Shown: one piece after another, positions 50,373 through 64,000 of the stretch | Layout of the letters: every line of letters begins with the position of its first letter | How positions within the stretch are numbered: the stretch's first letter is position 1 | Source: Octopus sinensis | Taxonomy: Eukaryota | NCBI RefSeq assembly: GCF_006345805.1 | Contig: NC_042998.1 | Location: 175,460,001-175,524,000 of the forward strand | Length of the DNA: 64,000 bases | Reading direction: 5' to 3' | Position numbers and translations under genes: made by a program | The notes under the pieces: generated by a model | Seen by the model: the letters and a program-made list of their open reading frames with translations, nothing else | Databases searched by the model: none | Told to the model about the DNA's origin: nothing

Positions 50373-51605
50373 ATACAGACACAAACACATGTGCACACAT
50401 ATATACATCATACATACATTCATATATATATATAATGTGTTTCTGCATAGTTTTTGTCTACCAGATTCCACCTACATGGTCCATCTGAAGTGTCAGTAGA
50501 GCACATATGCCTATGTTATGGAAATGAATTTATTAATACGTAATTAATTCCCAAGTTGAAACAAGCTTAGATAATGAAACCAAAGTGTTGATTACACTAA
50601 TCCAGGATCGCATTCTGAAAGATTACTTTTGAGCTGCAGTGAATTGCCTTCCTCTATACAAAAGGTATATACACATCCAATCTATATTCCTTGTGAGATA
50701 AGACATGAATACTCCTAAGGTTTGCTCAATCAAGTTTGGCTTGGGGTTAAAATAGTAACAGCAACAACAAATCATGTAATAAGTTCAGCTGTAAATATAT
50801 ACACATGTAAGAGAAGTATATTAGAGAGAAAGCTACAAGTATAGTTGTAAGTGGTGTCATGAGTTTGGTAATTTCTCATATAAGGTATTAATATTATATT
50901 TAAATATACTAACCCTGAACTAGACATCTCACAAGACTCAAATAACTCTGTAAGCTTCTAAAATCCACAGAAGGGTCTTTTAAGTGACAGAGAAGCTAAG
51001 TTTCTAACATATTTAGGAAACATTGTTTATGAGAAAAAGGGCTGTTATCTTATGGATTCCTTTTCTTGAGTTTTGTAGTGTTCATTGTAAAATTATAAAG
51101 TTTGTTGTTTTGTAGACTACAATTTTGTAGTTTGTTGAATTTCTTTTTTTTTTTTAAAGTATGGTGTAGTTTTGTAGCATTTCATTTTGATACTGTTGAA
51201 AGAGATAGAATCATCTATTTCATATTATAGTATGTTTGGAAGTCCTTATCAAGGTGGATGGGTGTACAGATGAAGTGGAAGCTGTTGAGTATATATGTCT
51301 ATAAGTCTGTATGTAGAAGCTAATGGATATCATTGTTAGAGAATTAAGCTGTGGTTAAAGATGTAAAGAATTTGTATGTCAGTCAGAATTGATTGTAAAT
51401 TTGATTTTCCCTAGAACTTGCTTGTGTAACAAAGCAGAGAGGTAGGGGTTTTAACAAAATAACTTCTCTTGAATTGAAGTAAAAAAAAATCTTCAGACAT
51501 AGGATGCTAGATATAACAAGTCATTTTAGCATTTTTATCTCTTTACACACCTAAATGAACAAAAATAATATGACTGAGTGAAAATACCCGAAGGTTGCGG
51601 TCTGC

Positions 51606-51948
51606 AGAAAGAAAAAAGATGAAAAAACACAGAGGAGTTGTTTTACAGGATTTAAGAGTTATATTAGGGCCATAAGAATAAAGATATTATGCAATTCTGT
51701 ACAAAATAAGGTTTTGTTCTTTCAACATAATTAAAGTAAGGGCTGGTTTCGCATTACTCATCAAACTGAGAGCTGAAAAAAAGCAACTCTCAGTTTGGTG
51801 AGCAATGTGAAACTGTTCGTTCAATTATGTTGAAAGAACAAAACCTTATTTTGTACGAGATTGTATAATATCTTTATTCTCGTGGCTCTAATATACTCTT
51901 ATAGCCTGTAAAACAAATCTTCTGTGTTTTTTCATCTTTTCTCTTTCT
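51606..51948. repeat. Long fold-back inverted repeat (~165 bp arms, ~8 nt loop)
   Basis: 51606-51775 is the imperfect reverse complement of 51784-51948. Confidence 0.95.
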
Positions 51949-52241
51949 CTCTCTCTCTCTCTGTATATATATATATATATATATATTGGGTCATCCCATA
52001 AATAATGCGTTTTTTTATACTTCTTTTATTTTTGAAAATTAAGATAAACAAAGTTCTTTATTATTGATATAATTCCTATTCACCTGCAGGAAGGTCTCAC
52101 CTTCATAATACAGTGAAGTAGAAAACTTTGATTCAATTGAGATCATTCGAGCAACCAGTCATTTGGTGCTCTATTTATGTAGTTGCTGCTCTTCAAAACA
52201 AGTCAGTTTTTCCATTTAATGTAGAATAAATGTTTATAATA

Positions 52242-52430
52242 GGTGCAGGTGTGGCTGTGTGGTTAAGAAGTTTGCTTTGCAATCATGTGGTATCAGGTTC
52301 AGTCCTACTGCACAGTATCTTGGGCAAGTGTCTTCCACTATAGCTCCTGGCCGACCAATGCCTTGTTGGTGAATTTGATAGACAGAAACTGTTTTGAAGT
52401 CTGTTGTGTGTGTGTGTGTGTGTGTGCACG
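52242..52430 (+). mobile_element. Family A SINE 5' half
   Basis: GTGGCTGTGTGGTTAAG...GGTTCAGTCC...GGGCAAGTGTCTTC. Confidence 0.8.
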
Positions 52431-54586
52431 CATGCATGCACGTATGTGCAAGGGCTTGTGTACGGTATGAACTATTATGTGTGTATGTTGATGGTTATTG
52501 GTAATGAAAAATTTTCAGTAATTTTGAGAAGATAATCCATGTTCTTGTGTCTCCTGAGAATATGAGACATGCTGAATTTGTTTGGGTCTATTGCACTTTC
52601 TTCCTTAGCTTAATGTGATCTTAGCAAACTTAAGTTTTATTTGCTGAACTATTAGTCAAGACATAAGTTTTGCAAACACCATAACTAAAATAAGTACTTT
52701 TGTTATGCAGCTCTCAGATGGTGGTGCTGTTAATGTGAGCTTCTTACTTAGTTTGGAATAAGACTACTTATGTAAACAGCTCTCTCTTACTTGGTGTTAC
52801 TGTTGGTGTGAGTTTTCCCATTTACTTATGTAAACAACTCTCTCACATGGTGCCACTGTTGGTATGAGTTTCCACCTGTGCTTGGAATGAGAAAAGTATA
52901 TAAGACAGCTTTCACTTGGTAATAGTGTTGATGTGTGCTTCTTAGTTCACAATGTGATGGTACTTAAGTATTTTACTTACTAAACATTGAACCATCTCAA
53001 GAGATCCTCTATTTGGTCATTTGTCCTGCTAGAAACAGCAGCCAAATCTCCCTCTGTTCATAACCTATTTATAAAAATGATGGACATATTAGATAATGCT
53101 GTCCTAAATACATTATGTTTGAAAAAAGACTGGACAGTTATGGTTGGAATGTTTTCAATCAGTTGAGCTGCTAGATCAGAGCAGGGCTTGGTTGGGGCTT
53201 ACCTGTTTGCAATTTGCTTTTCCAATTCTTACTGTCAAAAGAGATGACATATTTAGCTTTGAATCCATTTCTCAAGTTTCCTCTCATACACCTTAACAAT
53301 GAAGAAATTTTTGTACTTTAGAATAGTGAAAACATGAAGTAACAGTAAATAAAATCAGTGGAGATTCATGTATTTTTGTTTAGGGCAGGAATTCAGGGAC
53401 TGTTCTTTGAAGTGTGTTTGGCTTTTACATTTTGGCAGTAACATTCTTTGTTATTAAAGATTCCCTTCCATGTATTTTTATGAGTGTGGTTTTTGATGGA
53501 ATCTTCAATGTTTTAATGAAACTAAAAAAAGAAAAAATTATACAAAGTTTAATCCCATTTTACAGTGTGGTTGTTTACAAAGGATAAACATACTTGTGAA
53601 CTTATGAATCTACTTATCTGCTTGACACGTGTGTGAACTATTATAGAATAATGAATTCATGTTTTCTGTTGTTCAAATATTTCATTGTCCCTGGGAAAAA
53701 TACTTCTCCTTATCTCAAGTGATCCAACTTGGGAAATTGGTATTGGATTGTCTGGGAAAGTCAACTGAGAATGACCAGCTTTCTGTTCCAAGCAAAATTT
53801 GTATAATCTGCTTAATAGTTCAGAAAACAATATGAGTAAGCTCTATGAACAGTTATGATGACTAATCAAATATATACATTCACACAAATGCATGCACACA
53901 TACATATAAGGATGTGCCCCCAACACACCGAGGTGGATGGTATTGATAGATTAAGATGTTGGATTTTATTAACCATGACTTGTGAAACTACAGCAGAGGT
54001 AATCTGCAACTATCATAGGAACTCTTAGCTAATAGAGATAACTGGCGTTATTTATAGTCAGAACTGTGTAGTTATTATCTGTGCAAGCAAGGTCCCCTAT
54101 GTGAAAAGAAAACTGAGTAATATTCATTCAACACACATACATGCATATTTATGTGTATTTTTATTGCTTGTATGAAATAAAGAGAGCAAGTATTCAGTGA
54201 TAGTTTCTGAAGTGTGTTGGATTTCATGAGTTATATTTTGGCAATAACAACATGAATTGCTGAATCACATGATAAAGGTTGATAGATCAAGACTTACAAC
54301 AGTTTTCTCACACTATTTAGTTGTATTTGATGTAAATATAGTTTTATAGTCTGTAAAATAAAATTGTAATCAACTATGTACCCTTTTCCCCAAATGTTAG
54401 GGCACATATCAATAGCGAAAATCAATAATCGCACTGTTAATTGTTGGACAATATTTACATCCACAAGAATAAAATTTCCTTTCTTCTGTAAATATCTTTT
54501 AACATTAAACCTCTATCCTGTACATGGCAACAGTAGGTCTTAAAATAAAGGTACTGGCTTATATATATATATATATATATATATAT

Positions 54587-55370
54587 CATCGTCATCATCA
54601 TCGTTTAACGTCCGTTTTCCATGCTAGCATGGGTTGGACGGTTCGAACAGGGTCTGGGAAGCCAGGAGGCTGCACGAGGCTCCAGTCTGATCTGGCAGTG
54701 TTTTTACAGCTGGATGCCCTTCCTATGTAGTGGGTGCTTCTTACATGCCACCGGCACAAGTGCCAGGAGAAGCTGACAATGGCCACGATTGGTTGGTGCT
54801 TTTTACATGTCACCGGCATGGAAGCCAGTCAAGGCGGCACTGGCATCTGTCACATTCGGATGGTGTTTTTTACGTGCCACCGGCACAGGTATCACAACTA
54901 CAATTTCCATTTGACTTGTATTTTGATGTTGATGTACTTGACTCAATAGGTCTCCTCAAGCACAGCAGGACACCCTACGATCCAAGGTAAGCACAGCAGG
55001 CCGTCCTGCGATCCAAGGTATTTTGGATAGGCTGGGGCTGCTATGTGAAGCTGGTGCAGGAAACAGCCATGAACTCGTGTTATTTGTCAGGTCATCGCAG
55101 TCACAGCATATCTGCAGAGATCTCGGTCTTTCGTCATTGCCTCAGTGAGGCCCAACGTTCGAAAGTCATGCTTGACCACCTCATCCCATGTCTTCTTGGG
55201 TCTACCTCTACCCCAGATTCTTTCAACTGTTTGGGAGTGGCACTTCTTCACACATCTCTCCTCATCCATCTGTAGTACATGACCATACCAGCGCAAACGT
55301 CTCTCTTGCATACTACATCCGATGCTTCTTATGTCCAGCATTTCTCTCAAGGTGCTTACACTCTGTCATA
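54587..55370 (-). mobile_element. 5'-truncated RTE LINE (PHD-RTE family)
   Basis: ERRLRWYGHVLQMDEERCVKKC...GRGRPKKTWDEVVKHDFRTLGL; close paralogue of 12583-13370. Confidence 0.9.
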
Positions 55371-55384
55371 TGTATATATATATA

Positions 55385-55765
55385 TATTGGGTGCAATGAA
55401 TAGACTGTTGTCTAAATTATGCAAAAATGAAAATAGCACTGACATTACATTGTAACAGATATATTTACCAAAGTTACATAAAAATATTTTGAAATACTAA
55501 AGAGTAAGTTTATTCAATAAAATTGCCATTGACTTTAACCATGACCTCCAGACGACTTCAGAATCTCCTGCAACTCTTCTGGATGCTCTCCTTGTTTGAG
55601 TTGGTGAATGCTGCCATAATCCTTGCCTTCAGTTCATCTTTGGTGTTACAAGGAGTTTTGTTGGTCTCTTGCTCAACTGTACCCCACACATAATAATCAA
55701 GGGGGTTGCAGCCTGGAGAGTTAGGTGGCCAGATGTTAGGAGTGATGTGGTCGCGGAAACTGTCT
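55385..55765 (-). mobile_element. Tc1/mariner transposase C-terminal fragment (maT/DD37D-like) with right end
   Basis: Minus strand: DHITPNIWPPNSPGCNPLDYYVWGTVEQETN...DELKARIM...VNGNFIE*; ends at TA. Confidence 0.8.
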
Positions 55766-56089
55766 GTGCAGTGGAATCATATTCAGGTCGTAAAGACCAT
55801 AATAATATGGTGTATAAAATTGTGAAATAAGAGGAAATACATTTTAAAGATGAACGAGTCTCCATATTCTTTGTCGTTATAATTATTGCTAATACATATA
55901 TGCGTGTGTGTGTGTGTTACAAAGCCATAAATGTAAAACCCTTACAGAATTTCCTCTCTGCACATATCATTTTGTAACAGTTTAAATGGGATGTTTGTGG
56001 CAGGAATCTCACTGGTTTTGGAGAGCCCCTTCCTACATATCAAACTAAATTAAAAAAACAAGCAGAATGATTATTAATTGTATTAATAA

Positions 56090-56485
56090 CTAGCAATATC
56101 GCCCGGCGTTGCTCGGGTTTGTAAGGGAAATAACTATAAAGCATTTTTAGAGAGTTATAGCCAAAAAATAGCAAAAAAATGCATTAAAAATGGAAAAAAA
56201 ATTATGGTAAATTTTTTAAAAATCGTTAACTCATCGTAGACATTTTTAGAGAGTTACTTCCCTTATATAATAGCGAAAAAATGCATTAAAATGGAAAAAA
56301 ATGATGGTAAATTATTTTTAAAATCGTAGACTCATCGTAGACGCATGCTAATACCCAGAAGGGCTCGATATGAATCACGACTATAAGATACCCAGTTTTG
56401 CTTAAACTGCACCACAAAATGTGGGAGTAGTTAGGAATCTAAATCGTAGGAGACAGACACACAACCTTACTTTTATATATAAAGA
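56090..56485 (-). mobile_element. Non-autonomous Helitron
   Basis: A|TCTTTATATATAAAAG...CCCGAGCAACGCCGGG hairpin...CTAG|T; internal tandem duplication. Confidence 0.85.
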
Positions 56486-57258
56486 TTGACTGATTAGCAT
56501 TAAGTTACTCATAGTTAATAACTTCTAGAATAATCAGTTAAAGCAAAGTCAGGTCTGACAGGATTTGAATCTCAAACTTATGAAGCACTAGACAAGATTG
56601 GTATAAAGGGTTTAGTCCACTTAGTTTGTTGTATGTGTCAATACTATCACATTACTTGCTAATATTACTCATTAGATTAAGTTTTCAGTGTGTTTACAAA
56701 GACAATTTAGCTTTTATTTGAAGGTGGTGGTCGAAATAGGAACAAGAGAACTTGGTTCATATATTTAAATGTAAAACAATAGTGCTTCTTTTAGATGGGT
56801 TGATGGGACAGAATAAAAAACAATGAAATGTGATTAAGGAAATTCATTTAATCCCATAAATAGCAAATGCATTCCATTCGGTCATTTAACAAGTGTTAAA
56901 GTCATTTTTAACATACATTTTAGTTGATAAGAAATAAACTTACAAAGACCTTGTTGTTGAATATAAACAGGCTTTGACTGTCATCCTTATATACATCTAT
57001 TTTTTATTCCAAATATTTGCAATGTGTTTTGTATGTGTTTTTATACAGACGTTTGGTTATGTACATAGCCACAAACAAGCATTTATTTACTAGTGTGGTC
57101 AGCGAGTCGAGAACATTTAAAAATCTCTTGAATAAATTCTCACTGGCAACATCACCAACACCACAGTGGATAACTGAAGCTCTAGCAACACCTCAATATC
57201 CAGTTAGTTTGGTTCCCTTCAAACTAAATTCTGTTTTTTTTTTCTACTGCCAATAAAA

Positions 57259-57628
57259 GGCACAGGAGTGGCTGTGTGGTAAGTAGCTTGCTAACCAACC
57301 ACATGGTTCCGGGTTCAGTCCCACTGAGTGGCACCTTGGGCAAGTGTCTTCTACTATAGCCTCGGGCCGACCAATGCCTTGTGAGTGGATTTGGTAGACG
57401 GAAACTGAAAAGAAGCCCGTTGTATATATGTATATATATATATATGCGTGTGTGTGTTTGTGTTTGTCCCCCTAGCATTGCTTGACAACCGATGCTGGTG
57501 TGTTTATGTCCCCGTCACTTAGCGGTTCGGCAAAAGAAACCGATAGAATAAGTACTGGGCTTACAAAGAATAAGTCCCGGGGGGTCGTTTTGCTTGACTA
57601 AAGGTAGTGCTCCAGTATAACTGCAATC
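57259..57628 (+). mobile_element. tRNA-derived SINE, family A
   Basis: Highly similar to the other family A copies. Confidence 0.9.
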
Positions 57629-59039
57629 AAAATATTTCGCAGAAGCATATTCCACATAATATATATTTATAATACAGTAGAGTCTTATATATGTAACATA
57701 GTGAACAGAAAACTTCAATCGGCTGAAATTATCTCTGTAATTTGAAGACAGATTCTCTTTAATGGGTATTCAAATCTTAAAAATGGGGACATAAAATTTG
57801 AATAAATAGATGAGCAGTGCTAGCTATCATCATCATTCTAATATCTACTTTTCCTTGCTTGTATGAGTCAGAAGGAATTCATTGAGGCAGATTTTCTATG
57901 GCTAGATGCCCTTCCTGCCAACAACCCTTACCTGTTTCTAAGCAAAGTAATAATTTCCCCATGGCCAGACATGTTTTCACAGAAGATTGGAAATGAATGA
58001 TGCCATCACTCACATGATGGTGACATTCAATTTACAACCATCATGTGATGTCAAGATGAGACACACACACTTAAGCACCCACACATATATGGCAGGCTTA
58101 TTTCAGTTTTCATTTACCAAATCCACTCAAGGCTCTGGTTGGCCTGGGACTATAGTAGAAGATACTTGCCCAAGATACCATACAGTGGAACTGAACCCAA
58201 AAGCATTTGGTTAGAAAGTGAACTTCTTAACCACATAGCTATGCCCATACCTACCACAACCATACATGAGTGAGTAAACAAATGAAAGATAGTAGCACTT
58301 AACCTATTTATTTGGAGTATTTAATAATGTTTGGTTTAGCTCCATATTACTTAAAGTTTTGTGGGCATTGAACATATCCACATCATCAGATATTTGGAGT
58401 CAGAATGATGAGAAGTTGAAAGAAATTTAAAATGGCTTCTTGGTGACAATATTTAGGCCTTCTTTGATCAGTTCAGGTTGGGTGATTATTTTAGCAATCC
58501 TAGTAACATCAGTTCCATAATTCTTTTCTACTCTAGGCCTAAGGTCTGAAATTTTGGGGGATGGGGCCAGTTGATTAGATCAACCTCAGTACACAACTGG
58601 TACTTAATTTATCAACCCTGAAATGATGAAAGGCAAAGTCGACCTCAGCAGAATTTGAAATCAGAACGTAAAGACAGACAAAATACCACTAAGTATTTTA
58701 CCTGGCATGCTAACGTTTCTGCTAGCTCGTCACCTCATCAATCAGTTCCATAAGTGGAAGCTCTATGTGATAAGGTAGACAGGATGTGGCTTCAGTATAT
58801 TTCAGTAATATTAGTTCTTACATTAGTCACTGTGTGATAGTGCAGCGAAGATGTTGGCAACATAGCTTACAGAAAATCAAATGTGATCTATTGCAAGCAA
58901 ACTTAAAGTTTGGATATAAACTTTAAATAATAAAATTGCAGCTACATCTATAAGCATTTCTCATATAAATTGAGAATGTATTTTCATAGAAAGTCTCAGA
59001 TGATTAAGTATAAGACAAAATGAGTAACACGTGCATGCA

Positions 59040-59040
<1 letters not shown>

Positions 59041-59108
<68 letters not shown>
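59041..59108. repeat. (GA)n microsatellite
   Basis: Direct reading. Confidence 0.95.
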
Positions 59109-59112
<4 letters not shown>

Positions 59113-59331
59113 ATATGAAAGCAAATTGAAGTATATATTGAAATACACACACACACACACACACACACAGATTTTGTCCTAAACATAATTGTCTTTGAGA
59201 GAAAGACTTGTCAAAAACAAAAACAAAAAATACTTTCATAACACCCAAAGGGTAGGCTTTGAGTAGATTTGCATGGTAATATGGTAATATCGTTGATGTA
59301 TTTGACAAATATATATGTGTGTGTATGGATA

Positions 59332-59727
59332 TCTTTATATATAAAAGTAAGGTTGTGTGCTCTCTGTCTCCTACGATTTAGATTCCTAACTACTCCCACA
59401 TTTTGCGGTGCAGTTTAACCAAAACCAGGTATCTTATAGTCGTGATTCATATCGAGCCCTTCTGGGTATTAGCGCGCGTCTATGATGAGTCTACGATTTA
59501 AAAAAAAATTACCATCAATTTTTCCCATTTTTAATCCATTTTTGGCATATATAAGGGAAGTAACTCTCTAAAAATTTATTATTAAATCTCAGAACGTAAA
59601 AAGCTACAGTAACACCCCCCCCTTTGTGGTTAGCCATATTGAGATGGCTATTATACTTTACATCTCTAAAAATGCTTATATAGTTATTTCCCTTACAAAC
59701 CCGAGCAACGCCGGGCGATACTGCTAG
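59332..59727 (+). mobile_element. Non-autonomous Helitron
   Basis: A|TCTTTATATATAAAAG...CCCGAGCAACGCCGGGCGATACTGCTAG|T; same family as 56090-56485. Confidence 0.85.
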
Positions 59728-59769
59728 TATATACATATATAGGGAGTCTATGTAATCAACTTAACCATT

Positions 59770-60800
59770 AAAAGTGTTGTGTGCAATAGTGGTTGAAGTG
59801 GTGACAAAGAGTGCAAGAGAAGGACTGAATGCAGATGACCTTGTTCTGATGAGTGAGATGATGGAGGGATTGAGGGAGAAGTCTTGGAAATGGAAGGAGG
59901 CATTTGAAGGTAAACCTCGGGAAGACAAAGGTGATGGTGAGTGGGGTGGAAGGAGAAATGTTAGTGAGTAAGGTGGATCCATGTGGTGTGTGTGTGGGGG
60001 GGAGGAAGGTGATGGAAAATGCGGTGTTGTGTACAAGATGTGAGAAATGGATTTATGGTAGATGTACTAAAATGAAGAAGGTGACCCCCAAGACTGGCAA
60101 GATAGTTTGTGAAAGATATAAGAAAGGAGCTGGGTGGCTGGCGAAGTCAGTGGAAACACTATGTGATGTGGTGGAGATGGTGAAAGGGTTTTGGGAAATA
60201 GGGTGGATGTAAAGTAGCTGTGACAGCAAGAGCGAGACTTGAAGTTCAGGGTATGTAGTGTGTTATTATATGAGAAAAGGTTCTCATTGAAGACTAAAGG
60301 AAAGGTCTATAGGAGCTGTGTAAGAGTAGCAATGCTGTACGAGAATGAGACATGGTGTTTGAGAGAGAGAGAGAGATGGCAGTTTTGATAAGGACTGAGA
60401 GAGAAATGGTGAGAGAATTGTGTGGCTTGAAGCTGTTTGATAAGAGGTGGACTGAGGACTTGATGGGAGATGCTGGGGCTGGAAGAATCAATGGAACAGC
60501 TGTCAAGGGTGGATGGAGTGCAGTGGTATGGGCATGTGTTGAGGAGGGATGAGGAACATGTTCTGAAGAGGGTGCTAGAGTTTGAGGTGAATGGACAGCA
60601 AAAGTGAGGTAGATCGAGGAAAATGTGCAGGGAACAGATGGAAGAGGAGATTGGGAGGGTTGGCTTGAGAAGGGAAGACGTCCCAGACCAGGTGAGATGG
60701 TGTGAGGGTGGTTGCTATGGCTTTGAGGTAGATCCAGGCACCCCTGTTAATGGGGACAAAATCCGGATTCAAAATGATGGATGATGATGATGATGATGAT
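59770..60800 (+). mobile_element. 5'-truncated RTE LINE with PHD finger (second family) and (GAT)n tail
   Basis: ADDLVLMSE (YADD motif remnant), KVNLGKTKVM, DPCGVC...VLCTRCEKWIYGRC...VCERY, then QWYGHVLRR. Confidence 0.85.
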
Positions 60801-60850
60801 ATATATATATATATATATGTGTTTGTGTGTGTGTGTGTATATATATATAT

Positions 60851-61160
60851 GTGGAGGCGCAATGGCCCAGTGGTTAGGGCAGCGGATTCGCGGTTGTAGG
60901 ATCGCGGTTTCGATTCTCAGACCGGGCGTTGTGAATGTTTATTGAGCAAAAACACCTAAAGCTCCACGAGGCTCCAGCAGGGGTGGTGGCGATCCCTGCT
61001 GTACTCTTTTGCCACAACTTTCTCTCACTCTTCTGTTGGCTTGCTTGCTTAGCCAGCGAGGTAGCGTCATTTGAAGGCTAAAACAATGCGAAGCGCATTG
61101 TGACCAGCGATATGTAGCAACATCTGATAGCCTGGTCGGTCATGGTGATCACGGTGATAT
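60851..61160 (+). mobile_element. tRNA-derived SINE, family C (tail type 3)
   Basis: Head TGGCCCAGTGGTTAGGGC...GGTTTCGATTC shared with 9505 and 42273, but a different 3' half. Confidence 0.85.
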
Positions 61161-63167
61161 ATATATATATGTGTGTGTGTGTGAGTATATATATATACAT
61201 ACATATACATATCCATACATATATATGTATATACACACACATATATATTGGTGAGTAGATGGCAGAATCAGTAGTGTGTTAAACAAAATATGTTGTGCTA
61301 TTTGGTTACATTCCATTACATTCTGAGTTCAGATGCTATCCAGGTCAACCTTACTTTTTTCTCTTTGTGAAATCAATAAAACAAGTACCAGACAAAGTAC
61401 AGGGAGTCAATGTAATCGACTGAACTGTTAAAAGTGTTGTCCCAGCATAATCCAATAACTGAAACCACTAAAAATAAGAGGATATATATATAAAATATAC
61501 ACATTTAATTAGTGTGTTGGTAATGGTTATGAAAAGCTCGTTTCTTTATTGAGTAATTATCAGAAACAAATACACATTTCAAATTAAATTGCTTTTGTAT
61601 TTAATTTCAATAGGTTTTGTTTTTGAATAGCATTGGTGACATTTGGTTTTGTGGTTAATACACTTTGAATAAGTGAGAAAAGTTTGCCAACAGAGAAGTA
61701 TCATGTTGTCTTCAGCATCAATAATTTATATTTGATTAGAATTGTGAAAGTTTATGGTGGAAATTAAGTAAGTAAGTAAATAAATAAATAAATAAATAAA
61801 AATTACAAATAAAAAAAAAAGAAGCAACCTTGGATTTTTCAGGCTGTTGTAAAATATAGGTCACGTATTAATGAATCCCAGTAGATGTTTGCAGAATTTT
61901 TATAGTGCATTTAAACTGGTGATGTTCTGTCAAAAAAAAAAAGAGTACAGAAGATATTAAAAATAAAAAAAAAAAAAATAGTTGCTATGGTTATTTGAGA
62001 TTCGTACATTTAACTTAGAAGATTTCATTTATGTTTTTAATTTTCAGTCTATCACATGTTGCCAAAAGTGTTTTTGTTTATTGATGCAATCTATTCTCTT
62101 TATCAATAAATTATTTTGCTACTAAGTATATTATATTCTCTGTTAAACTAGTTTAATCAATTTTATTTATTTATATAATCTTGCTTTATGAGGGAGCAGG
62201 TGTGAAATTTCTAGAAATTCACAGTTTATGCATTAGCAGAATAATATAATCCTATTTTTTCACAGAACTGACAGAGAATGTGAACAAATAGGAAACTATC
62301 TTCTTTTACTGCTCAATTAGGGAGAGAGAGGGTGGGGTGAAGAAATGCTGCAGGTTTCCTATATATGCCACAGAGGTTTCTAAGGTTCTATCATATACAA
62401 ATGTTGGAAAAGCTACTAGTTTATCTGGACTAGTAATTGAAATTGTCAGAGTTGTTAGAAGACACAGCTGCTACTATTAGTCATGTCAACTGCGTTGCTT
62501 CTGATCAAAAGGATAAATGTTAGTCTAACTCAAGAAGCAATGTTGTAAATTGATTTAAGTGAAAAAATTATTCTTTTGCATAACAGTTATACAGGACTTA
62601 AGTTGTTCGATCGGGTGTTTAAAGTCAGTGAAAAAGTTTTGGAAATTTATTGAAGGAATTTTAAACCATATGCTGGTGTCATTAAAATGATGTTTTCTGT
62701 TGTCTAGCCCTAGGTCAACTGTAACAGAGTAGACCTATAGATGAATGAAAAGCAAAACTGAGTTCAATAATATTGAAGTCAGGATGTTGCAGGATGCAAC
62801 TAAATACTATTGGACATTAAGTAATTCACCATTTGTGCCACTTTACTGCTTTTGATACAACTCAAGTAAAAAACAGATATACCACTTGTGACCATCCTCT
62901 CTTTCTTGTAGGGTCTAGAACTACATTATCTAGTGTGACCTATCCATTTTTAAACTGGTCGGATGTGATTTAGCTGCTATTTCTTGTAGATCAAGCAATC
63001 ACCTAGAAATCCCATCTTTGGTGTACAAGTGTTGCACTGACATAAAGGGTGAGCTGAAACAGAACTGAATTCATTTGCAATACCTGGTAAAATATTTCTG
63101 AAATATTCCTGTATAAAACTTAAAGGAACTACTTGTGGGCAATGAAATCTTCCTCATTGTTGAGGAA

Positions 63168-63193
63168 CCCTAACCCTAACCGTAACCCTAACC
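63168..63193. repeat. Short interstitial (CCCTAA)n telomere-like tract
   Basis: CCCTAACCCTAACCGTAACCCTAACC. Confidence 0.8.
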
Positions 63194-64000
63194 TGATTGG
63201 AGTAACTAGTTGTAGTTTTGACACAACCAATGTGTAAGTTACTTGAAAGAAATCGCACAAACTATTTCTTCTTCTCACTACATCGATCTTAGCATTGGTG
63301 TAGTGCTATTTCTCTGCAGGTTTAACCTGACTAGGAAATGATTGGGTACTTAGACAATTTTATTTAGAATGACAGTGCAATATCTGGACTTTTTGAGAGA
63401 AAGCCTTTGCTGGATTTAAAAGGTGTCTGTTTTTTTGTTAATGAAAATGTCAGGTGAAAATGGCTTTTGTAAAATTGACCCACAACTAATTGAGAACAGG
63501 AAAAAAGTATTTGGCTTCCAGTTTCATAGATTTACAAGCAGTTATTTTCTTTTAGAGACCCAGTAATAATGATTTCTTACATTAGCACCAAGCCACAATT
63601 TCTGCATGAGAGATATGGTTGATGGGATTAACCTAAGAACACAACTAGCACTTATTCTAGCAATTTTGGAGTGATGAAAGGCAAAGCTGAGATTGAATTC
63701 AGAACACTGGACAGAACTAAATACCATTAGGCATTATGTTTACTGGTCCTACCACCTCTGCTTGTGATGCAACACAATTAAAAAACAAAATCAAAATTTC
63801 TATTGTCATTCTGATCTTCACAAAGTATCATTCTGTTCCACAGTGTACTTTTAAATGACAACACTGAACTATACAGTCAAAAGTCTCTTATTTTTTTACT
63901 TTATGTCATGCATTTTTGTGAACAATTGCCTCATTGGTTCTCAGTGTTCCTCAAGGCCAATCTCTGATTCACTGGATTTCTAATGGCAAGAGTGACCAGA

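Noticed and set aside
51985-52075. Mariner-like terminus TATTGGGTCATCCCATAAATAATGC
   Set aside because: Single end only, with no partner TIR or transposase sequence seen.
63168-63193. True telomere or chromosome-fusion site
   Set aside because: Only about four repeats; more simply a MITE-derived or chance interstitial tract.

Overview
AT-rich, repeat-dense eukaryotic DNA, most likely from an octopus (cephalopod). That assignment rests on recalled SINE family sequences and the microsatellite landscape, not on a database search. I found no intact protein-coding gene: almost all listed ORFs are microsatellite read-throughs or retroelement fragments. The window contains three tRNA-derived SINE families; decayed RTE LINEs (an AviRTE-like copy and a PHD-finger-bearing family with a structured 3' UTR); a Tx1/L1-type LINE split by a solo LTR; several other LTR relics; mariner, maT, Tc2-like and piggyBac-like DNA elements; non-autonomous Helitrons; and probable Penelope-like relics with degenerate hammerhead cores. 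The most interesting signals are a triplicated compact H-type pseudoknot motif in the RTE 3' UTR, a long fold-back carrying two mirrored hammerhead-like cores, a SINE head fused to three different tails, several near-perfect hairpins, and an apparent CpG-rich centre between CpG-poor flanks that may mark two divergent gene starts. None is proven to be a new biological system.
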